This document shows positions 57,672 to 64,000 of a DNA stretch of 64,000 nucleotides, piece by piece. Below the pieces are notes generated by a model, which searched no databases, was not told the DNA's origin, and saw nothing but the letters and a program-made list of their open reading frames with translations. The DNA is from an uncultured Tissierellaceae bacterium (GTDB taxonomy: Bacteria; Bacillota; Clostridia; Tissierellales; Tissierellaceae). Within the stretch, counting starts at the first letter, position 1. The number at the start of each line of letters is the position of its first letter. The position numbers were made by a program, and so were the translations under genes. Where the stretch lies: positions 234 through 64,233 of the forward strand of contig CAZFIO010000001.1 in the NCBI GenBank assembly GCA_964519585.1, in the 5' to 3' direction.

Positions 57672-59441
57672 ATGAGGTGGTCTTTAGATGAATTGTACCC
57701 TTCTTTTGATTCTCAAGAATTTTTAACAGACTTTGACAAACTTGATAAGCTTATAGGGGATTTTGCTAAGTGGGCTGGGGATAGTCTTGTCTCCTTAGAT
57801 AATCCTATTGAAAAGTTGGAATACTATATTGATTTTTCAGTTAAAATTTCCAACCTATATAGTAAATTAGGGGCTTATGCAAACCTATCAAGTTCTACAA
57901 ATGCCAGGGATGAAAAAGCCCTAGAATATTTGGATAAGCTTAGTTTAAAGGGAACAGAGTTGACTAAGCCAGAAGTTCAATTTAAGAACTTTTTAAAGGA
58001 TTTGCCAGATTTAGAAGATCTGGTGGGAAAATCTGACTTATTGAATAAGCATAAATTTTATTTAGCACAAATCAAAGAATCTACAAAATATTTGCTCAGC
58101 GAGAAAGAAGAAATCATTATATCCAAAATGAAGAATACAGGCTCAACAGCCTGGTCAAATCTTCAGGATAAAATAACTTCAACCTTGATGGTAGATATAG
58201 ACTTAGATGGTGAAGATAAACAACTACCACTAGCAATGGTAAGAAACCTAGCCTATGATAAGGATGAAAAGATAAGGAAAACTGCCTATGAAGCAGAGTT
58301 GAAGGCCTATGAAAAAGTTGAAGAATCCTCAGCTGCAGCTTTAAATGGAATAAAGGGAGAAGTAATAACCACCTCGGAGTTGAGGGGTTTTGAGTCTCCA
58401 CTGTCTGAAACTCTTTTTAAATCAAGAATGAATAAGGAAAGCTTAGACTCTATGCTTATAGCTATGGAGGAATTCCTACCAGCCTTCCATAGGTATTTTA
58501 AGAAAAAGGCAGAGATCTTGGGCCACCAGGATGGTCTTCCATTTTATGATTTATTTGCCCCCCTTGGACAAGTTGATAGAAGATTTACCTACGAAGAGGC
58601 CATAAACTATATAGTTAAAAACTTCAGGACTTTCAGTGATAGATTGGCAGATTTTGTGCAGGAGGCCTATGATAATAACTGGTTAGATGTGGAACCCAGA
58701 GACGGTAAAAGGGGAGGGGCCTTCTGCTCCAACTTGCACCCTATAGGTGAAAGTAGGATTTTGGCCAACTTTGATGGAAGTTTTTCAAATATGATTACCC
58801 TGGCCCATGAACTAGGCCATGGCTACCATGGGCTAAATCTAAGAAATGAATCCATCTTAAACTCTAGATATCCCATGCCTATAGCTGAAACTGCTTCTAT
58901 ATTTTGTGAAACCATAGTAACAAATGCTGCCCTAAAGGATGCTAGTGATGAAGAAGCCCTAGGCATACTTGAATCCTCTATCTCAGATGCAGCCCAGGTG
59001 ATTGTGGATATATATAGCAGATTCCTTTTTGAATCAGAATTGTTTAACAGGAGAAAGGAGTCCTCTTTGCCAGTCAAGGAATTAAAGGATATAATGATGG
59101 ATGCCCAAAAGAAGTCCTATGGCAATGGTTTAGATCATAGTGTCCTTCATCCTTATATGTGGTTGAATAAACCCCACTACTACTCAGCAGGACTTAACTT
59201 CTACAACTTCCCCTATGCCTTTGGACTTTTGTTTGCTAAGGGGCTTTATGCGGAATACCTAAGTACAGGTGAATCTTTTGTAAAGGAATATGATGAACTA
59301 CTAAATGCTACAGGCAAGAATAATATAAAAGATGTCGCTGATATGATGAATATAGATATTCATAAGCCAGACTTTTTTAGAAGCTCTTTGAAATTGATTG
59401 AGAAGGATATAGATAGATTTATTGAATTGGCGGATAGGTAA
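57672..59441 (+). CDS. pepF: Oligoendopeptidase F (mirror copy)
   Basis: Mirror of 4434..6203. Confidence 0.9.
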   Translation: MRWSLDELYPSFDSQEFLTDFDKLDKLIGDFAKWAGDSLVSLDNPIEKLEYYIDFSVKISNLYSKLGAYANLSSSTNARDEKALEYLDKLSLKGTELTKPEVQFKNFLKDLPDLEDLVGKSDLLNKHKFYLAQIKESTKYLLSEKEEIIISKMKNTGSTAWSNLQDKITSTLMVDIDLDGEDKQLPLAMVRNLAYDKDEKIRKTAYEAELKAYEKVEESSAAALNGIKGEVITTSELRGFESPLSETLFKSRMNKESLDSMLIAMEEFLPAFHRYFKKKAEILGHQDGLPFYDLFAPLGQVDRRFTYEEAINYIVKNFRTFSDRLADFVQEAYDNNWLDVEPRDGKRGGAFCSNLHPIGESRILANFDGSFSNMITLAHELGHGYHGLNLRNESILNSRYPMPIAETASIFCETIVTNAALKDASDEEALGILESSISDAAQVIVDIYSRFLFESELFNRRKESSLPVKELKDIMMDAQKKSYGNGLDHSVLHPYMWLNKPHYYSAGLNFYNFPYAFGLLFAKGLYAEYLSTGESFVKEYDELLNATGKNNIKDVADMMNIDIHKPDFFRSSLKLIEKDIDRFIELADR

Positions 59442-59467
59442 AACAAAAGCCAAGGGTTTTCCTTGGC
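59440..59467. terminator. Terminator between convergent genes (mirror)
   Basis: Mirror of 4408..4435. Confidence 0.75.
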
Positions 59468-59468
59468 C

Positions 59469-60821
59469 TTAATTCCATACTTGAAACCATCCATCCCCTA
59501 TAGGGTCATACTCATAGATGTTTCCAGTGTCTGAAATAGTATATAGAATTTCTTTTACAAAGTTGTCTTTGTGGTTGGTGCCTAACCATATATCTGTACA
59601 AAGCTCATCACCAATTTCCCTGGTTTCTCCTGTTTCAAGCAGAGACATTTTATGTTTGGTTACCATCTCCCTTATATGGCTGGAGTTGTTTATCAAATAA
59701 TCCCCATAGTCATTAATCCTTACACTATTAACAGACCTATCAAAAGGACTATATCCCCATATAAACTTAAAGGGCTCATATTCATTCCTTCCTTCAACAA
59801 AGAGTAGGTCTCCATCTCCTGGGAAAAGTTCCAAAGAGATGCCGAAATGTAGGTCTGCAAAGTAGGATCCATTTATAGTTTCTTCCGCGTAAGGAGTTGT
59901 TGAGTCAAGGTGTAGGTCAAAAAACATAATACCTGGTCCATTATCATCTTCACCCATGCTTACCCTATAGGTCCCCTTATATCTTATTGCTTCTTCATTG
60001 GTCCAGCCTTTTTTCAAAGAAACAGTCCCATCCACTAAAAAATTCAGAACAGCACAGTATTCAGGCTTAGAAAACTCATAATTTGGATCTTCTGCATTCT
60101 CGTTGGATACCCAATCCATACCCATATAAAGATTTTGAAATTTACCCGGTATCCTTAAATCGTATTTTGCACCTTGCTTATCTACTGCATAAGCTGTCAT
60201 AGTGCCATCCATCCCCTCACCATCACTCTCATAGGCCAGAGATTCTATATTCTCAACCCAAGGTAAAGGTCCCGAGGCGTGAAATTCTGTAAATCCTCTC
60301 TCTATTGAAAATATATCTGCATATACATAGTAAACCTGGCCATCATCCATAAGAATAAAAATTGTAGGCATCATTTGTTCCAAGCCATTTGCATAATCAA
60401 ACTCTGCAATTTGCCCTATAACCATATCTTTTACTTCTCCAGCTAGGCTGATTATAGGAAAGGGCCCATAATAATTGTCACCCATGGATGACCTATCTTC
60501 TATATCTAATAACTCTCTCCAGTTTTCCTTGTTAAAATAATTTACCAAGTCTCCACCCTCGCCTATTTGACTAAGAGTAAAGTCCCCCTCCCATCTTTCA
60601 AGATTAAAGTAAACTTCAACATCCCTCTTATTGCTTACATGAATCTCCATAAGATTCGTATCATCCTTATAGACTAGGACTTCATCCTTTATAGGGTCTT
60701 TTGTTTCTCCTGGATTATCTTTCCCATTGTTATTGGGACTATTTACTTTTGAACTTTTACAAGCAGTTAGGGGGAAAATTAATGATAGGCTGATAAGCAA
60801 TATAATTATTTTTCTGTACAA
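59469..60821 (-). CDS. Lipoprotein of unknown function, paralog B (mirror copy)
   Basis: Mirror of 3054..4406. Confidence 0.75.
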   Translation of the reverse strand: MYRKIIILLISLSLIFPLTACKSSKVNSPNNNGKDNPGETKDPIKDEVLVYKDDTNLMEIHVSNKRDVEVYFNLERWEGDFTLSQIGEGGDLVNYFNKENWRELLDIEDRSSMGDNYYGPFPIISLAGEVKDMVIGQIAEFDYANGLEQMMPTIFILMDDGQVYYVYADIFSIERGFTEFHASGPLPWVENIESLAYESDGEGMDGTMTAYAVDKQGAKYDLRIPGKFQNLYMGMDWVSNENAEDPNYEFSKPEYCAVLNFLVDGTVSLKKGWTNEEAIRYKGTYRVSMGEDDNGPGIMFFDLHLDSTTPYAEETINGSYFADLHFGISLELFPGDGDLLFVEGRNEYEPFKFIWGYSPFDRSVNSVRINDYGDYLINNSSHIREMVTKHKMSLLETGETREIGDELCTDIWLGTNHKDNFVKEILYTISDTGNIYEYDPIGDGWFQVWN

Positions 60822-60840
60822 GTTGCCACCTCCTCTAAGG

Positions 60841-60896
60841 AAAAAGTAGAAAGCAATAGGCCTAAGGCTTATGCCCTATATCTTAAACTTTCTACT
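60841..60896 (-). terminator. Terminator-like hairpin (mirror)
   Basis: Mirror of 2979..3034. Confidence 0.5.
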
Positions 60897-61095
60897 CTGT
60901 TTTTACTTTTTTTAAAACAATCCTTATGCATACGAGTTGACAGAGTCATAAGCCGCTGTCAATTCCTTATTCTGTCATCCAAAGCGAAGGGTCGAATCTT
61001 GAAATCATTGGAAAGACAAGATTGACACTAGCGTTCAGAATGACAAACTTAAAAAATCATAGTTACCAGTGGGGTCCAAACTGTCCCCCTGTGTC

Positions 61096-62490
61096 TTAGG
61101 GTTGATAGACTTCATGGGCTGAGATTATATGGCCATCTTCTACTACAATATTAGCTAGAACTCTGCCATCCCTATAGGAATTTCTAACTTCATTTATAAA
61201 ATCAGTCAAATAATAGTCTACCCTATCTACAAAACCATCTTTGTCGTATTCCATCAGACTATACTGATCATAGGTAGCTGTTGTAAACTGGTAATATCCT
61301 ACATCCTCATTTTCAATCCTATAGTCATTAGCTTCTTCTAGGTCCTCAATCGCTTCCACCCAAACAACTATAAATTCCATACCATCAGCTAGGTACCTAG
61401 AAAACTCCAGGATAGCCATACCTTCAATTGTTTGCCCCCTAAATTCCTCCAAGTCATCATGAATATTCACTAAAGGAAAGACCTCCATATTCCCTCTTTG
61501 GTAGATTCTATCTCCTGATTCATAAACCAAAGAAATATCACCCGTAGAATCTGTTTCAAAGCTATAGCTGCCGCTAAGTTCCGTCTTGAGACCAGTATCT
61601 CCCTCATCTATCCACCACAATAGATGTAAATCAAAGTCAAAACTTCCCATATAGTAGTTCTTACTTGACCCCCTATCTATTTCATAGGAACCTCCCCAGT
61701 TTTCATGGTAGTATGCTATCTCATAGTCCATATAGCTTCCTGCTACATCTAGGGTAAAGGTCCCATGAGGTTCAAATTTCAAATATAGGTAGAGGGAAAT
61801 ATCCTCATCAAAATCATCCTCTAGTTTCATGACCCATGACCCTTGTGTAAGTTTAGTTTCAAGCCATAACTTGTAAAAATCAAACTTTTCTCCCTTATCA
61901 TTGATTAAATATAGAACCATAGCATCCTGATCCTCATGATGGTTTTCATAAGAAAAGGAAGTAAAGTTATCCTTATAGGCCAATGCCCTATAACTCTCAA
62001 AGTTACCATCTTTGCTATATTCTTCTTCATAGTGACTGTAGCCTATAGTGCTAAAGGGATCTGCATAAACCCATTCTACACTACCATCTTCCATAGTAAG
62101 TACTACAGTGGCTACGGTGAAATCTAATTCACTATAGTCCATAATCTGTAGTTCTCCTACAAAGGCATCCTTGACCCTGCCTGATATAACCCGGATTTTA
62201 AAGGGTCCTTCCCTTATACCAGCTACATTATAGTATTCAGGGTATTCAGAAAGTTGGTAAAATTCCTCACATTTATCTAAGTCAAAGGATATATTTGCCT
62301 CACCATCTTCTATAGTGATTTTTATTATTCCTTTCGCATCTTCCCTTACTATTACTCCACCTTTATTCTCTCCAAAACCAAGCCTTTCTCCCCGGTTTCC
62401 ATCCCCTGGGCCTTTCTCTTTCTTCCCACAGGCAACCAAGACTAAGATACATAAAAAAAGCAGAAAAATACCTGTAAGCTTGTTTTTCAT
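61096..62490 (-). CDS. Lipoprotein of unknown function, paralog A (mirror copy)
   Basis: Mirror of 1385..2779. Confidence 0.75.
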   Translation of the reverse strand: MKNKLTGIFLLFLCILVLVACGKKEKGPGDGNRGERLGFGENKGGVIVREDAKGIIKITIEDGEANISFDLDKCEEFYQLSEYPEYYNVAGIREGPFKIRVISGRVKDAFVGELQIMDYSELDFTVATVVLTMEDGSVEWVYADPFSTIGYSHYEEEYSKDGNFESYRALAYKDNFTSFSYENHHEDQDAMVLYLINDKGEKFDFYKLWLETKLTQGSWVMKLEDDFDEDISLYLYLKFEPHGTFTLDVAGSYMDYEIAYYHENWGGSYEIDRGSSKNYYMGSFDFDLHLLWWIDEGDTGLKTELSGSYSFETDSTGDISLVYESGDRIYQRGNMEVFPLVNIHDDLEEFRGQTIEGMAILEFSRYLADGMEFIVVWVEAIEDLEEANDYRIENEDVGYYQFTTATYDQYSLMEYDKDGFVDRVDYYLTDFINEVRNSYRDGRVLANIVVEDGHIISAHEVYQP

Positions 62491-62800
62491 GACAAAGTCA
62501 CCTCCTAACTATACATGAAACTAGCTATTTTATAAATATTGATTCAAGCATTTCTATTAGGCCAGGGTTATCTAATGGAACTGTATCTTCATGATTTCCC
62601 TCAGGAACTGTAAGAACAGTTATACTTATAGGATTTCCTAAGGAATCTTCCGCATATGTTTGGTAATCCTCCTTCAAACATAATGGTTGTTGCTCCGTCA
62701 GGTGAATTTTTCCCAAAGGGAATCTCTAAATCATTTAAATAATCATCAAGGTAAAAACCCCATAGTTCAAAATGAATGTCACTTGGAAAGAACAGGAATA

Positions 62801-62868
62801 CATAATCAAGCAATTGCTTGGCCTATGTCATTCTGTTGGGCCTCCGGGCCAGCAAATCTAGCCCCTAC
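62801..62868. repeat. Intergenic repeat family copy A (mirror)
   Basis: Mirror of 1007..1074. Confidence 0.7.
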
Positions 62869-62917
62869 TTGGTCAAAGCCTGTAAAAATATCCCAATAGA
62901 ACCGTCCCCCTGTGCCA

Positions 62918-63307
62918 TTAAAGTGCATCCAACATAGCTGATAAGTATTCCCCGCTCACTGAACTGTAGAAAAAACTATCTATGAAACCCTGTTTTTTTG
63001 CTTCTTTTACAGCTTCTGCCATATCAGGATCAGCATTTTCATCGCAAAGCAAGACTAGCTTACATTCTGGAAGCTCTATCCTGATTTGTTTTGCTGTTCT
63101 TAGCCTTTCCTCCAAGGTAAAAGGTGGCACCCGCATTACTTCCATTAAAAGTATATCTGCATTGTGAGATTTACAGGTTATATAAGGCTCATTTTCTTTA
63201 TTGCAATCAGTCAACCGGATAGGCATCAATTCTCCACGTTCTCTTAAGTATTTTATAACTGCTCCTGACAGTAATCTATTCATCATGCTAATTACAACAA
63301 TTTTCAA
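62918..63307 (-). CDS. Pseudo-receiver (CheY-fold) protein (mirror copy)
   Basis: Mirror of 568..957. Confidence 0.45.
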   Translation of the reverse strand: MKIVVISMMNRLLSGAVIKYLRERGELMPIRLTDCNKENEPYITCKSHNADILLMEVMRVPPFTLEERLRTAKQIRIELPECKLVLLCDENADPDMAEAVKEAKKQGFIDSFFYSSVSGEYLSAMLDAL

Positions 63308-63354
63308 AATATGCCACCCCCAATCCCTCCATTTTTCATCTTTGGATGGATTTC

Positions 63355-64000
63355 TTAAAACTTTCCTGACCTACCTGAATAACCTGAACTATTGACACTT
63401 GTTCCTCCTCCTCCGCCACCACCAGAGGATGATTTTTCTATCTTCCTACTGCTCGTTGTATGGTATAAAAACTGATCTGCTTGGTTTGTAAGCTTCAAAC
63501 CCTCAGCGCTAATATAATCACCAGCACTAGTAGCTAATCTAGCAGTTTTCATCTTTCTTTTCCATGAACCTGTAACTAAAAAAGCTATTAGTAGAGGTAT
63601 AAGAAAGGTAATCCCTAGCTTAATGGGTAAAGCTATCTTCCCGTAGTTTGGATCTGTATCTATGTCAAAAGGTTGACCACCACTTGCCATTAGAAGGTAT
63701 TCTTCAGATAAATCAAGATATTTTAAAAATGCTTCATAGTATTTATCCTTGCCTAGAAGAGGAAGTATATGCTTATCAAGCATGACATCCTTACCATAAT
63801 CAGTAAATACAGTATTCCCATATCCGTGGCCCACTAGAGCATAATCTCCATCCTCCATACTTAGGAATAAAAGTAAAATACTTTTCTGGCTACCATAACC
63901 CATATCGTATTCTTCTATTAAACTTGAGGCAAAGTCAAAAGCATCTTCATCATAGCCCATATCATCTATAGTAATTATGGCTATATCACAGTAGTGATCC
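63355..64000 (-). CDS. TPM-domain (YgcG-like) membrane protein; 5' end runs off the window
   Basis: Mirror of 2..520 plus 126 nt more. The frame stays open from the first ATG (63960) up to the window edge (...DHYCDIAIITIDDMGYDED...), so the true start lies outside the window. Confidence 0.5.
   Translation of the reverse strand, partial: DHYCDIAIITIDDMGYDEDAFDFASSLIEEYDMGYGSQKSILLLFLSMEDGDYALVGHGYGNTVFTDYGKDVMLDKHILPLLGKDKYYEAFLKYLDLSEEYLLMASGGQPFDIDTDPNYGKIALPIKLGITFLIPLLIAFLVTGSWKRKMKTARLATSAGDYISAEGLKLTNQADQFLYHTTSSRKIEKSSSGGGGGGGTSVNSSGYSGRSGKF

Larger units (their letters stand above)
31938..63874. repeat. Right arm of the palindrome (reverse complement of 1..31937); 63875..64000 continues the same locus beyond what the left arm shows
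   Basis: See the left arm entry. The coordinate sum 63875 holds for all ORF pairs. Confidence 0.97.

Noticed and set aside
1-63874. Treating the mirrored genes as genuine paralog pairs (two copies each of murI, plsY, corA and so on).
   Set aside because: Identity extends through intergenic DNA and through spurious antisense ORFs, with zero spacer at the centre. That indicates a single duplication or fold-back event, not independent paralogs. The gene count should be halved unless the reads prove otherwise.

Overview
This window holds only about 31.9 kb of unique sequence. That segment is followed immediately by its own reverse complement. Base x pairs with base 63875-x, the symmetry centre lies between 31937 and 31938, and there is no spacer. 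Every ORF in the supplied track, including the spurious antisense ones, has a mirror partner of identical length and translation. Nucleotides I checked by eye at the centre, at both ends and in several intergenic stretches are exact complements. The most likely explanation is a fold-back chimera from sequencing or assembly (a hairpin contig), so every gene here is probably counted twice. A genuine spacer-less 32-kb palindrome would be extraordinary and should be tested against the raw reads.

The unique arm looks like ordinary chromosomal DNA of a low-GC anaerobic Firmicute, Clostridia/Tissierellia-like. That placement is an inference from gene content, T-box control and AT-rich codon usage. 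The arm carries about 30 genes:
- a TPM-domain protein, a pseudo-receiver protein and two paralogous lipoproteins of unknown function
- pepF, a DEAD-box helicase and plsY
- an FNR-like regulator, a hemerythrin-like protein and a flavodiiron protein
- citX, citG, murI, an NhaC-type transporter, a DUF438/hemerythrin/PAS protein and fni
- a PadR/DUF2812 pair and a rhodanese sulfurtransferase
- a REP-associated Y1 transposase (RAYT) with its REP hairpins, corA and an FAD/Rieske oxidoreductase
- a T-box-controlled amino-acid ABC transporter with a threonine-dehydratase-family PLP enzyme, then an acetamidase/formamidase-family protein
- a GNAT acetyltransferase, a zinc-ribbon membrane protein and an orphan ABC ATPase

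I found no CRISPR array, prophage, rRNA or tRNA gene, defence island or convincing new multi-gene system. Beyond the palindrome, these are worth a second look:
- the RAYT/REP unit
- the T-box leader, whose specifier and discriminator signals conflict
- a mosaic family of intergenic repeat modules, including 11-bp phased TTGAC repeats fused to a G-rich Shine-Dalgarno sequence (SD)
- 7-nt periodic tracts
- an FNR-box-like palindrome
- the uncharacterised lipoprotein pair

All family calls come from motif recognition by eye. No database search was run.
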